From Holophagales bacterium (GTDB lineage: Bacteria; Acidobacteriota; Thermoanaerobaculia; UBA5066): a DNA stretch of 64,000 bases. The position numbers were made by a program, and so were the translations under genes. The first letter of the stretch is position 1, and every line of letters starts with the position of its first letter. The stretch spans positions 24,586-88,585 of the forward strand of contig JADJVF010000019.1 of assembly GCA_016716705.1 (NCBI GenBank). Reading direction: 5' to 3'. The notes under the pieces are model-generated. The model saw nothing but the letters and a program-made list of their open reading frames with translations. It was not told the DNA's origin and did not search any database. Shown piece after piece: positions 46,321 through 56,706 of the stretch.

Positions 46321-48183
46321 GTCCTGATTCTAGGCGCGTCCCGTTGGTCGGACCCTGCCGAGGACGGACCGGGTCTTCTCGCGGAGCCGGGTGATCTCGT
46401 CCGCGTAGTCCCCGAGCTGGGGGGCGAACCGAAGGAAATCCGCCTGGGAAAGGAGCTGCCGGAGCTCTTCCCGGAGCGCCGGGGGAACGCCGCGGTCGGC
46501 GAGCTCGTCGAGGAGGGCGGAGACCGGGGCCGTCTCGGAGGCCCGGTCCGGCGGGCGAGGTGCTCGCGGATCGCCCGTTCGACCCTCGCCACGGCCCTCT
46601 CCTTGGTCTCGCCCGGCTCGGCGACGAGGAGCGCGCCCACGGAGCCGAGGGCGTGAGCCCGGCGCCGGAGGGCCCAGACCGTGCCGGCGGCTGCGACGAG
46701 GAGTGCGGGCGCGGCGATGAGTGCCCAGAGGGGAACGGCGATCGTCGCCTGCGCGAGGTCGCGGGCCGAGGGGAATGGAGTGGGAGTGGGCGGGGCGCCG
46801 GGGAGACTGGTCGACGCCTCGGAGCCGTTCCCGGCCGCGGCCGGAACCGCTGCGTTCGTTCCCGCGGACGCGGCGGCCAGCGGGGCGGCGGCTTCGACCG
46901 CGAGGGTGATCGGCTCGCTGCGCTTCACGACGAGCTTCTTCTCTGCGGTGTCGAAGACCTCGAAGGAAACAGGAGGGATGACGAGCTTTCCGGGATCGGC
47001 GGGGACGATGACGAAGTCCCATTCGGCGCTCGTCCCCCCTTTCGCAGCCCCACGGGCGGGGAGGGTGCGGGAGGAGGGAGGGTAGACCTTGACTCCCGGT
47101 ATCGAGAGTTGAGGCATGTCCGTCGCGGTCCTGAGGTTGCCGCTGCCCGCGAGGCGGACCTTGAGCGTGACCGCCTCGCCGGCAGGAATGCTCCTGCGGT
47201 CGACGGTCGTGGTGACGCCGAACTGCCCGACGGGGCCCTTGAAGTCGGGGCGTCCCGGGATCGGAAGGATCTTCAGGGACAGCGCCTTCGTCTCCCGCTC
47301 GAGAACGCGCGGCCGGAGCATCGCGAACGGGTCGCCGAAGGGGTCCATGGCGACGCGGACCCCGATCCGGATCTTCGCGGGAGGGATCGTCACCGTCCCG
47401 GGGGTGAGGCCGGAGACGGCCTTCTTCAGAACGGTGAAGCGGGCGACCGGGCGTCCTTCCCAGGTGTCCCGCCGCGGTGTCGGGCGCTCGGGCCGCTCGA
47501 GGTCCTCGGCCCAGAGTCCGGGGAACTGGGGCGCCTCGACGTATTCGATTCCCTGGACCTCGGCCTGCGTCACGAGCTCGTAGGTGATCGTCACTTCCTC
47601 GCCGACGAAGGACGCGTCCTTGCTCGGCGTCGCCACGAAGGCGAGGATCGGTTCCTCCGCGGGGAAGCTGCGCTCGGCCCCGGCGCGCCGGGTTCCGGGT
47701 CTCGGAGCCGTCCTGCCGAAGGGATCCTCTTCGGGGGTCGCGGGGCCCGGACCGGCGCCGGACGAACGGCGCGCCGTGCCGACCTCCAGGAGGTAGGCGC
47801 CGGCCTTGACGTCCTTGTCGCCGACCTTGAACGTCGTCTCGCCCACCTCGGCCGGGCCGGTCCCTGCGGGCCGGAGGAACCAGGTGAGGCTCGCCTGGCG
47901 GGAGAGCTGGCCGTTGATGAAGCTGATCTGCGTGGAGGTGTTCGGTCCGCCGACGACCACGAGGTTCTTCAGCGGCAGCTCGGCCGGCGCCCGGAGGCTC
48001 CCTCCGACGCCGGGTCCGGTGAAGGAGTAGGTCAGGCGGACGATGTCGTCGGAGGCGGGCCGGGGGTTGTCGACGAGGACCCGGACCTCGGGCTCCTCCT
48101 GCACGGCGGAAAGCGGGGCCGCCAGGAGCGAGAGGAGGGCGGCGACGAGGAGCGTCGCTGCCCGGAGCGGGTTCGCGCCTCAC
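46317..48183 (-). CDS. batD: BatD-like oxygen-tolerance protein; start region out of frame as assembled
   Basis: ORF 46317..48104 plus an in-frame upstream signal peptide (ANPLRAATLLVAALLSLLAAPLSA) that has no canonical start codon. The only start is the GTG at 48183, which overlaps the upstream TGA (GTGA) but is one nucleotide out of frame. There is a C-terminal TM helix and a cytoplasmic tail. Confidence 0.7.
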
Positions 48184-49964
48184 CAGTCTCTCCCGGCGCG
48201 CCGCTGCTTCTTCTGCTCGGCGACCTTCTTCCGCTGCTCTTCGAGGTCGTTGCGGGCGATGGCCTGGAGGAGCTGCTCGGCCTTGTCGCGGCTCATCTTC
48301 GCCTTCTTCTCGAAATCGTCCTTCTTCGGCGGCGGCGGCGGGCCGCCCTTCTGCTGCTGTTTCTGCTGTTGCTGCTGCTTCTTCTGCTGGTCGAGCCGCC
48401 GGAGGGCGAGCTCGTAGTTCCAGGCCGCGTCGGCCTCGCCGGGGCGCGCCCGGAGCGCGTCGCGGTAGGCGGCCGCAGCGGCCTCCCACTGCTTGCCCGA
48501 GAGGAGGACGTTGCCGGAGTTGAAGGAGGCGTCGGCGGCGAGATCGCCGCGCGAGGCCCCCTTCGCCTTCTTCAGTGCCGCGAGGGCTTCCTCGCCGCGT
48601 CCCGCCGCCGACAGGGCCGTGCCGAGGTTGTAGGCGCCCGCAGGGTCCTTCGGGGCGAGGGCCGCTTCCCGCGCGAAGCGGGAGACGGCCTCGTCCACGC
48701 GTTTCTCCTCGAGGGCCTTCTTCCCTGCGATCGCCTCGCCACGAGCCGTGGTGAAGGGGGGGCGCGACAGGATCCGCTCCTTCAGGGAGGACGGTGCGGG
48801 AGAGGTCGCCGGAGTCGACGAGGGAGGGGCGAGGCCGAGGCCGGGACAGGGGCGCCCGCAGGAGGGCACCGTCTGCCCGAGGAGCGGAGCCGGATGGCCG
48901 ACCAGCACGAGAGCGACGAGGGCGACCAGGGCCGCGGCGGCCTTCCGGGGCCGACGGACGAGGAAGCCGAGCGGTCCGACGAGGAGCAGCGCGAGGGCGG
49001 CGACGGCGACGCCGAGCGGAAGCTGGAACCGCTCGTGACGGTTCGTGCCGACGGACTCCGAGAGCGGGCGGCGCGCGGCCTTGTCGACCTCGCGGGCGAC
49101 GCCGTCGAGGTCGGTCCGGCCGGGCTGGACGACGCTGTAGCTGCCTCCCGTCTCCGCCGCGAGGCGTCGCAGGAGCGCGGGGTCGGGACGAGACAGGACG
49201 GGCGCCCCGTCTTCCGACTTGAAGCCGGTGGGCCTGCCGGAGAGGTCGACCTCCGGGACGGGCGCGCCACGTCCCTCGGCCCCGACGAAGACGGCGTGGA
49301 CGACGATTCCCTCTCCCTTGGCTTTCGCGATCGCTTCGTCGACGCCCCCTTCGAGGTCCTCGCCGTCGGAGAGGACGACGACCTGTCGTCCGGCCGACGT
49401 GCCGGGGGGCATCAGCTCGGCGGCCGCGGCGAGCCCGGCCGCGAGCGAGGTGCCCGGAAGCGTGCCGATTCCCGGCTCGAGAGCCTCGAGGAAAAGAGCC
49501 ACGGCGGCGGAGTCGAGCGTGAGGGGGACGAGGACCTGCGCTTCCCCTTCGCACCCGACGAGGGCGAGGCGGTCGCCCGGAAGCTTCTCGACGAGGGAGA
49601 GCGCCGCCTGCCGCGCGAGGACGAAGCGCGACGGGGTGACGTCGGTCGCGCGCATGGAGGCGGAGGTGTCGAGGACGATCGCGACGTCGGCCCCGCGGCG
49701 CTCCACCGTCTCCGTGACGAGGCCCCAGCGGGGACGCGCGAGGGCGAGTCCCGTGCCGAGGACGACGATCACCGCGAGGGCCGCCGCAATCGGAGTCCAG
49801 CGGTCGCGCGAGAGGAGCCCCGCCTTTTCCGCGAGGGCGGGGGCGACGAGACCCTCTCTCCGGCTGCGGGCCCGGCGGGCCGATAGCCACGCGGCGACGA
49901 TGGCGAGGATCGCGGAACCGAGCGTGGCGCCGACCCAGAAGGGAGAAAGAAAGAGGTCCTTCAT
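48180..49964 (-). CDS. BatB-BatC fusion (VWA domain membrane protein fused to a TPR domain)
   Basis: ATG at 49964 (MKDLFLSPFW). VWA MIDAS motif VLDTSASM, a second TM helix, then TPR repeats. The tail is poly-Q/K-rich (QQKKQQQQQKQQQKGGPPPPPKKDDFEKKAK). Confidence 0.8.
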   Translation of the reverse strand: MKDLFLSPFWVGATLGSAILAIVAAWLSARRARSRREGLVAPALAEKAGLLSRDRWTPIAAALAVIVVLGTGLALARPRWGLVTETVERRGADVAIVLDTSASMRATDVTPSRFVLARQAALSLVEKLPGDRLALVGCEGEAQVLVPLTLDSAAVALFLEALEPGIGTLPGTSLAAGLAAAAELMPPGTSAGRQVVVLSDGEDLEGGVDEAIAKAKGEGIVVHAVFVGAEGRGAPVPEVDLSGRPTGFKSEDGAPVLSRPDPALLRRLAAETGGSYSVVQPGRTDLDGVAREVDKAARRPLSESVGTNRHERFQLPLGVAVAALALLLVGPLGFLVRRPRKAAAALVALVALVLVGHPAPLLGQTVPSCGRPCPGLGLAPPSSTPATSPAPSSLKERILSRPPFTTARGEAIAGKKALEEKRVDEAVSRFAREAALAPKDPAGAYNLGTALSAAGRGEEALAALKKAKGASRGDLAADASFNSGNVLLSGKQWEAAAAAYRDALRARPGEADAAWNYELALRRLDQQKKQQQQQKQQQKGGPPPPPKKDDFEKKAKMSRDKAEQLLQAIARNDLEEQRKKVAEQKKQRRAGRDW

Positions 49965-51014
49965 CGCGGCGCTACCGGGAAGGCGAAGAGCGCGAGACCG
50001 GCGGCCAGCGCGAGCACGCCGGCCGCGGGGACCGCGACGCGGGGGAACGTCTCGCGCCAGCGCGTGTAGGTCGTCGTCTTCACCTCGGTCTTCTCGAGGC
50101 GGTCGATCTCGGCGTAGGTCTGCGCGAGGCCGGCGGGGTCGGTGGCGCGGAAGTAGCGCCCACCCGTCGTCTCGGCGATTCGGCCGAGGAGCTTCTCGTC
50201 GACGTCGACCTGGGCCATGACCCGCCGCTCGACGACCTGCCCCGTCTCCGGGTCGCGGACCGGCACCGGGATCTCCACGGGGCCGCCGGCCGTGCCGACG
50301 CCGACCGTGTAGACGCGGATTCCGAGCCCCTTCGCGACGTTCGCGGCCGTGTCGGGGTCGATCTCTCCCGCGTTGTTCCCGCCGTCGGTCACGAGGACGA
50401 CGACTTTCGACTTCGCCTTCGAGGCGCCGAGCCGCGCGAGCGAGTTCCCGAGCGCCATGCCGATCGCCGTCCCGTCTCCCTGGTCGCCGAGCTTCAGCTC
50501 CGCGAGGCGCGTCAGGAGCATCGCCCGGTCGGTCGTCAGCGGGACGACCGTCCGCGACCGGCCGGCGAAGGCGATGAGGCCGAGGCGATCCTGCGGGCGG
50601 CCCTCGACGAAAGTGCGCGTGGCGGCCTTCGCGACGAAGAACCGGTTCTTCGGCTTGAAGTCCTCCGCGGCCATCGAGCCCGAGGCGTCGAGCGCGACGA
50701 CGATGTCGACGCCCTCGGTCCACGACTCGGTCCGCTCGAGGCCGACGCGCGGCCGGGCGAGGGCGACGACGAGCCCGGCGAAGCCGAGGCAGCCGAGGAC
50801 GAACGGGACGTGCCGGAACCTCACGCGCCAGCCCGGCCTCACGCGCGCCACGAAGGCGAGCGTCGGGACGACGAGGGCGGAGTCTCCCCGCTGCTCACGG
50901 ACGATCCGAAGGGCGATGGCGATCGGGATGGCGACGAGGAACAGGAGGAAGAGCGGGTCGCGGAAGGAGAGCCCGGGCGGGAAGAGCGAGGCGGAAGAGC
51001 CGCCGGCGGCTCAT
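49961..51014 (-). CDS. batA: BatA (VWA domain membrane protein); N-terminal frameshift as assembled
   Basis: ORF 49961..50851 (MIDAS VALDASGSM). It continues upstream in frame through SFRDPLFLLFLVAIPIAIAL, a typical BatA N-terminal helix, to a TGA at 51013-51011. The only start codon is ATG 51014 (ATGA overlap), one nucleotide out of frame. The shift is probably in the G/C run at 50971-50981. Confidence 0.75.
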
Positions 51015-52097
51015 CGGCCGGCCCCTTCGGCGGCCGGCTTTCCTGCGCCTTTCCAGCGGCCTTTTCCGCCGCCTTCTCGGCCGCCGCCTGCGCGGCCATC
51101 CTCACGCGTCCCCACGCCAGGAGATGCCGGGCGTTCTCGAGGGAACGCGCGGCGTCCTCGCGGGTCGATTCCGCCCGGCCGAACTTCACCCGGTCGGCGC
51201 CGGTCAGGAGCTCCGGCAGCGCCACCTCGCGCGGCGGCTCGGCGCCGCTCTCCCGGAGGCGGCGGACCGTCTCGAACGTCGTCCACTCCAGGACCGGCTG
51301 CCCGAGGTGGCGCTCGAGGAAGCGCTTCGCCGCGTGGGTCAGCTCCGTGTAGAAGGGGCGGGCGTCGCCGTCGAGCGACGCGGCCCGGGCGGCGAGGGAT
51401 GCGAGCGCGGCCTCCAGCTCGACGTCGGGCGGCGGGGGGGGCGGAGCGCTCTCCTCGACGGTCGCACCCTTCTTCTTTCGCCGTTTCACGAGCCAGGTGA
51501 CGAGGGCGGCGACGGCGAGGATCGCGGCGGCGATCGAGGCCCAGAACCAGGGGCTTCGCGCGGGAATGCGCACCGGCCGCTCGGGTTTCGGGGCGAGCTG
51601 CTCTGGCTCCTGGTCGGCCGGCAGGCGCGACGAGACGGTGAGCGTGATCTCGGGCGGGCGGACGACGGCCTTCGCCCCGTCGGGGCCCTCGTAGGAGAAG
51701 ACGGGGCCGGGGACGCGCGTCTCGCCCGGGACGAAGGCGGCGAGCCTCACCGTCTGCCGCACGTCGACGAGGCCGTTCCCTTCGCCTTCTCCACGGCGGG
51801 AGGGGCCACCGGCTCGAAATCGAGGACGAAGCCCGCGGTGGCGGACTGGCCCTCGGGCCGGGCGGGGGAGACGAGGGACTCGAGCTTCAGCGTGGCCCCT
51901 TCCGGGATCCGTGCGGAGTAGACGACCGTCACCCTCTCGCCGACGGCCACCGTCGTCCGGTCGGCCGTCGACGTCACCACGATCGGCGGCGGGATCGTCG
52001 CGGGCAGGAGCCCGGCCCGGGGGTCCCCGGGCGCGGCGGACACGGCGATCGAAACGAGAGCCGGCGCCAGGAGGGACGCGAGGAGGAGCCGCCTCAT
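51011..52097 (-). CDS. BatD-like N-domain / DUF4381-like membrane protein; at least one frameshift as assembled
   Basis: Signal peptide MRRLLLASLLAPALVSIAVSAA (ATG 52097, ATGA overlap with the DUF58 stop) in ORF 51747..52247. It continues in ORF 50839..51762 (…NGLVDVRQTVRLAAFVPGE…, TM helix WFWASIAAAILAVAALVTWLV). The junction is near 51772-51790. I infer the 3' end at TGA 51011 from the ATGA coupling with batA; in the track frame it runs on to 50839. Confidence 0.55.
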
Positions 52098-52978
52098 CGG
52101 CCTGCCGACCTCCGCCGCTCGCGCTCCTTGAAGAAGCGGACGAGCGCGCGCTCGTACGGGGCGTCGGTCGAGAGCGGGATGGAGTCGACGCCCGAGGAGC
52201 GGAAGACCTCGACCGGGTCGGGGAAGGGGCGGCCGCGCTTCTGCCACGCGGCGCGGAACGCGGGGTCGCCGGCGTCGAAGACGCGCGTCAGGCCGGTCTC
52301 GGAGTCGCGGAGCCGCACGAGCCCGCGGGCGGGGAGCGCCGTCTCCAGCGGGTCGGTGATCGGCATGGCGACGACGTCGTGCCGGCGGCGCAGGATCTTC
52401 AGCGGCTTCTCGTAGTCGGCCGCCAGGAAGTCGGAAAGGACGAAGACGACGGAACGCTGCTTGAGGAGCGAGGCGCCGGTCTTCAGCGCGAGCGCGAGGT
52501 CGGTGCGCGTCCCCTTCATCGGCTGGACGAGGACGTCGCGCAGGATGGCGAGGGCGTGGTCGAAGCCCTTGCGCGGGGGGATGAAGCGTTCGAGGCGGTC
52601 GGTGAACAGGAGCGCCCCCACGCGGTCGTTGTTCTTCACGGCCGCGAAGGCGAGGAGGCCGGCGAGCTCGGCCATGAGGGCCCGCTTGGTCAGGAAGCGC
52701 GAGCCGAAGTCCTGCGAGCGGGAGAGGTCGACGACGAGGAGGGCGGTCAGGTCGCGCTCCTCGACGAACTTCTTCACGTGCGGGACGCCGGTGCGGGCCG
52801 TGACGTTCCAGTCGATGGCCCGGACGTCGTCGCCCGGGACGTAGGCGCGGACCTCGGAGAACTCCATGCCGCGCCCGCGGAAGACGGAGTGGTACTCCCC
52901 GCCGAGCCCGGCGTCGACGAGCCGGTTCGTCGTGATCCGGATCCTCTGGATCTTCTTGACGATCTCGCGGGGAAGCAT
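52094..52978 (-). CDS. DUF58 family protein (MoxR partner)
   Basis: 294 aa. Contains GEYHSVFRGRGMEFSEVRAYVPGDDVRAIDWNVTAR, the classic DUF58 core. Confidence 0.85.
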   Translation of the reverse strand: MLPREIVKKIQRIRITTNRLVDAGLGGEYHSVFRGRGMEFSEVRAYVPGDDVRAIDWNVTARTGVPHVKKFVEERDLTALLVVDLSRSQDFGSRFLTKRALMAELAGLLAFAAVKNNDRVGALLFTDRLERFIPPRKGFDHALAILRDVLVQPMKGTRTDLALALKTGASLLKQRSVVFVLSDFLAADYEKPLKILRRRHDVVAMPITDPLETALPARGLVRLRDSETGLTRVFDAGDPAFRAAWQKRGRPFPDPVEVFRSSGVDSIPLSTDAPYERALVRFFKERERRRSAGR

Positions 52979-52992
52979 GGCGGAAGGACCTC

Positions 52993-54003
52993 TTAAGGAA
53001 CTTCGATCCGCTCGAGGATGCGGGAGACGACCTGGTCGCTCGAGACGTTCTCCGCCTCGGCCTCGTACGAGAGGAGGACCCGGTGCCGCAGGACGTCCGG
53101 GGCGACTTCCTTCACGTCCTCGGGAATGACGTAGCCGCGGCCCTGGAGGAAGGCGTGAGCCCGGGCGGTCGAGAGGAGCGCGAGCGTGGCGCGCGGGGAG
53201 GCGCCGTACTGGACGAAGTCGGCGAGCTCGGGCAGGCCGTAGGCCCGCGGCTCGCGGGTGGCCGCGACGAGCTCGACGAGGTAGCCCTTGATCCGTTCGT
53301 CGGCGTAGAGCTCGCGGACGAGCTTCTGGAGCCCCTCGATCTGGGTCGGCGTCAGGACCGCCCGCACCGAGGCGGAGGCGGACGACTCGGTGGCGTCCCC
53401 CATCCGGTCGAGGATCTGCCGCTCCTCGGCCTTCGTCGGGTAGCCGACCCTGAGCTTCATCAGGAAGCGGTCGATCTGCGCCTCGGGAAGCGGGTAGGTC
53501 CCTTCCTGCTCGATCGGGTTCTGCGTCGCCAGGACGAGGAACGGCTTCGGGAGGGGCATCGTCTCGTCGCCGATCGTGACCTGCCGTTCCTGCATCGCCT
53601 CGAGGAGGGCCGACTGGACCTTCGCCGGGGCGCGGTTGATCTCGTCGGCGAGGACGATGTGGGCGAAGACCGGCCCGCGCCGCGCCACGAACTCCTGGGT
53701 CTTGGGATTGAAGACGAGCGTGCCGATCAGGTCGGCCGGCAGGAGGTCGGGGGTGAACTGGATGCGGGAGAAGCTCGCGTCGAGCCCGCGGGCGAGCGTC
53801 CGGACGGCGAGCGTCTTGGCGAGGCCCGGGACCCCCTCGAGGAGGACGTGGCCGTCGGCCAGGAGGCCGATGACGAGCCGCTCGACCATCTTCGGCTGGC
53901 CGACGATGACCTTGCGCACCTCGGCGAGGAGGGCGGAGACGGCGAGGGAGCTTTCCCGGATTCTCTCGGTGAGGGCGGCCGTGTCGGTTGGGTTGATGCT
54001 CAT
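52993..54003 (-). CDS. moxR: MoxR-family AAA+ ATPase
   Basis: 336 aa. Walker A LLEGVPGLAKT, Walker B LADEINRA, and the QNPIEQEGTYPLPEAQIDRF signature. Confidence 0.9.
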   Translation of the reverse strand: MSINPTDTAALTERIRESSLAVSALLAEVRKVIVGQPKMVERLVIGLLADGHVLLEGVPGLAKTLAVRTLARGLDASFSRIQFTPDLLPADLIGTLVFNPKTQEFVARRGPVFAHIVLADEINRAPAKVQSALLEAMQERQVTIGDETMPLPKPFLVLATQNPIEQEGTYPLPEAQIDRFLMKLRVGYPTKAEERQILDRMGDATESSASASVRAVLTPTQIEGLQKLVRELYADERIKGYLVELVAATREPRAYGLPELADFVQYGASPRATLALLSTARAHAFLQGRGYVIPEDVKEVAPDVLRHRVLLSYEAEAENVSSDQVVSRILERIEVP

Positions 54004-54154
54004 CGTTCCTCGGGGCGCGTCAAAGGGACGCGCGGACGGACGTTAGACGGGCGGCGCGCTGCCGTTTCGGCGCGTCAGCGACGACACCCGACCTGTCAGA
54101 GCAACGTCGATGCCGCGACGATCCGGCGCGGTCTCGGCTATCCTCGCCCGTCCG

Positions 54155-54556
54155 ATGCGCCGGCCCCCTCCCCACCTCGCCGCCGCGACGCTCCTCCTCC
54201 TCGTGCTCCTCCTGCCGGACCCGGCCGAAGGAAAGGCGACGAAGAAGAAGAAGTCCCGAAGCCCCGCCAGGACCCCCACCGCGCGGCCCTACTACGGCCC
54301 GCCGGCGCCGACGCCGGAGCCGTACCTGCGCGCCGCCGGGGCCTGCATGGAGTTCACGCCCGGGCAGTACCTCGTCCTGGCGGAAGTCGGCGCGACCGGT
54401 CGCGTCTTTCGGCTCGACGCCGACACGCGGGTCGAGGCCGACGTTCGAAAGGGCTCCCGGGTGAGGGTTCTCTACGTCGACGGCCCCGAAGGGCCGGTCG
54501 CACGGAAGATCCTGCCGGGCCCGGCTGCGGCGACCCCGCCGCCGCGCACGCCGTAG
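54155..54556 (+). CDS. Small secreted hypothetical protein
   Basis: ATG 54155 gives MRRPPPHLAAATLLLLVLLLPDPAEG (signal-like), a basic KKKKSRS linker, then a roughly 70-aa beta-rich segment. I recognise no family. Confidence 0.4.
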   Translation: MRRPPPHLAAATLLLLVLLLPDPAEGKATKKKKSRSPARTPTARPYYGPPAPTPEPYLRAAGACMEFTPGQYLVLAEVGATGRVFRLDADTRVEADVRKGSRVRVLYVDGPEGPVARKILPGPAAATPPPRTP

Positions 54557-54576
54557 CGGTAACGCCCCGGAAACGC

Positions 54577-54604
54577 TGCGGGCCCGCCCCCGGGCAGGCC
54601 CGCA
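54577..54604. terminator. Possible bidirectional hairpin between the convergent small ORF and trxA
   Basis: TGCGGGCC-(12 nt)-GGCCCGCA. The loop is long and there is no T tract. Confidence 0.3.
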
Positions 54605-54611
54605 CGCGGAA

Positions 54612-54941
54612 TCAGGCGACGTACTGCTGGAACTTCTGCTCGAGGGCGGCCTGGGAGGCGAAGCCGATGACGCGCTCGACCACGACGCCGTCCTTGAAGA
54701 GCATCAGCGTCGGGATCGACATGATGCTGTACTTCTCGGCGATCGAGGGGTGGTCGTCGACGTTGACCTTGCCGACCTTGACCGTCTCGCCCCACTTTCC
54801 GGACAGGGCCTCGACGACCGGGGCCACCTGCCGGCACGGGCCGCACCAGACGGCCCAGAAGTCGACGAGGACCGGCTTGTCGCTCTTGAGCACCACCTGG
54901 TCGAAGTTCGCGGCCGTGAACTCCTGAACGTTTCCTGCCAT
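54612..54941 (-). CDS. trxA: Thioredoxin
   Basis: Starts at MAGNVQEF. Contains VLVDFWAVWCGPCRQVAP (WCGPC) and SIPTLMLFKDG. The start is trimmed to ATG 54941. Confidence 0.9.
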   Translation of the reverse strand: MAGNVQEFTAANFDQVVLKSDKPVLVDFWAVWCGPCRQVAPVVEALSGKWGETVKVGKVNVDDHPSIAEKYSIMSIPTLMLFKDGVVVERVIGFASQAALEQKFQQYVA

Positions 54942-55015
54942 ATGGGTTCCTCTCTCTGGGAAGCGTGGCGGCGCCCCTGCGGGCGCCGGCCGGGGGGCAT
55001 GGTAGGTTGGCACTC

Positions 55016-55825
55016 GTGAGACCGTCAAGGAGACCCCGGCTCGGCCAGAACTTCCTGTCGAGCCCCCGGACGGCGGGGCGGATCGTCGATGCTCTCGCCG
55101 CCGAGCCGGCCAGCTGGGTCCTCGAGATCGGTCCCGGCCGCGGTGCCCTCACCCGGCCGCTGCTGTCGCGCGGGATCCGCGTCCTCGCGGTGGAGATCGA
55201 CGGACGCCTCGCCGAGCGGCTGACCGCGGAGCTCGGTTGCGATTCGCTTCGGGTCATCGAGGCGGACGCCCTCCGCTTCGATCCGGCGGCCGCGCTCGTC
55301 GAGGCCGGCGCCGTGCCGCCGGTCCCGCTGGTCGCGAACCTCCCATACGAGTCGGCGACCCCGATGGTCCGCGCCTTCGCCCGCCGGCCGGACCTCTTCT
55401 CGCGGCTCGTGGTGATGGTCCAGCGCGAGGTGGCGGAGCGGATCTGCGGCCGCCCCGGAGACGACGGGTACGGCTTCCTCTCTGTCGACATCGCGCTGCA
55501 CGCGAAGGCGAGGCGCCTCTTCGACGTCCCGCCGGGGGACTTCACTCCCCGGCCAAAAGTCGTCTCCTCCGTGGTCGAGCTCGTCCCGGCTGCAGCCCCG
55601 GACGGGGCCGCGGCGGCGATTGCCGTCGCGTCGGCCGGCTTCGGCGTGCGGCGCAAGACCCTTACGAATGCACTGGGTGCGGCGTGGGGGCGCGAGGCCG
55701 CCGCGGCGGCGGTGGCCGAGGCCGGGCTCTCCCCGACGGCACGTGCGGAGGAGCTCGGGCCGGAGGTGTTCCTCTCGCTGGCGCGCCTCCTCGGGCCGCG
55801 CCCGGGGGCCGCGCCGGCCCGCTGA
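55016..55825 (+). CDS. rsmA: 16S rRNA (adenine1518/1519-N6)-dimethyltransferase
   Basis: GTG 55016 gives VRPSRRPRLGQNFL. The SAM motif VLEIGPGRGALT and ANLPYE are present. Confidence 0.85.
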   Translation: MRPSRRPRLGQNFLSSPRTAGRIVDALAAEPASWVLEIGPGRGALTRPLLSRGIRVLAVEIDGRLAERLTAELGCDSLRVIEADALRFDPAAALVEAGAVPPVPLVANLPYESATPMVRAFARRPDLFSRLVVMVQREVAERICGRPGDDGYGFLSVDIALHAKARRLFDVPPGDFTPRPKVVSSVVELVPAAAPDGAAAAIAVASAGFGVRRKTLTNALGAAWGREAAAAAVAEAGLSPTARAEELGPEVFLSLARLLGPRPGAAPAR

Positions 55826-55864
55826 CGGCGCAGGGCACAGCCCTCCGCCTGCTAGACTTGGTCG

Positions 55865-56701
55865 ATGTCGGTCACGTTCTGGCAGGCGATCCTGCTGGGG
55901 GCCTTGCAGGGTCTGACCGAGTTCCTGCCGGTCTCCTCGAGCGCCCACCTCATCCTCGCCCAGAGGTTGCTGCCGGGCTTCTCGCAGCCCGGAATCCTCT
56001 TCGACGTGATGCTCCACGTCGGGACGCTCGTCGCCGTCGTCGCCTATTTTCGGGGGAGGATCGTCGGACTCCTGCGCGACGCCGTGTCGCCCGACCCGGC
56101 GGCGCGGCGAGCGGCCTGGAGGATGGCGCTCCTTCTCGCGGTCTCCGTCGGGCTCACGGGAGCCGTGACGCTGCCGCTGAAGAGACTCGCTCTGGAGGGG
56201 ATGGACGACCTCCCGCGGATCGGCCTCGCCCTCCTCGCGACGTCGGCTCTCCTCGCCGCAGCGCAGATCGTAGGCTCGCGGCGCGGCGACGGAGGGCGCA
56301 CGCTCGAGGAGATGCGTCTCTCCGACGCCGCTGTCATCGGCGCCTTTCAGTCGCTCTCGGCCATCTTCCACGGCCTCTCGCGTTCGGGGAACACGATCAC
56401 GATGGGCCTCTTCTCCGGCCTCTCGCGCCGCGCGGCGGCCGAGTATTCGTTTCTCCTCTCCGTCCCGACGATTCTCGCCGCGGCCCTCGTCGAGAACGTC
56501 AGCGAGTACCGCGAGACCGGACACCTCGTGACGTCCGGCAGTCACTTCGGCGTCTACGCCCTGGGGATGGCGACCGCCGCCGTCGTCGGCTACTTCGCCG
56601 TCGCCGCCCTCCTGCGCCTCGTCGTCGCCATGAAGCTCCAGCCGTTCATCATCTACACCGCGCTCCTCGGCACCGCGGTCCTCCTCGCGGGCCTCCTCTG
56701 A
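55865..56701 (+). CDS. uppP: Undecaprenyl-diphosphate phosphatase
   Basis: 278 aa. Contains GLTEFLPVSSSAHL and SRSGNTITMG, with eight hydrophobic helices. Confidence 0.9.
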   Translation: MSVTFWQAILLGALQGLTEFLPVSSSAHLILAQRLLPGFSQPGILFDVMLHVGTLVAVVAYFRGRIVGLLRDAVSPDPAARRAAWRMALLLAVSVGLTGAVTLPLKRLALEGMDDLPRIGLALLATSALLAAAQIVGSRRGDGGRTLEEMRLSDAAVIGAFQSLSAIFHGLSRSGNTITMGLFSGLSRRAAAEYSFLLSVPTILAAALVENVSEYRETGHLVTSGSHFGVYALGMATAAVVGYFAVAALLRLVVAMKLQPFIIYTALLGTAVLLAGLL

Positions 56702-56706
56702 CGCCA

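Noticed and set aside
48290-48420. An imperfect CTG/CTT trinucleotide-rich tract (the poly-Q/K tail of BatB-BatC), considered as a hypermutable microsatellite
   Set aside because: The repeats are interrupted every few units, and any slippage would stay in frame. The tract is more simply a low-complexity protein tail.
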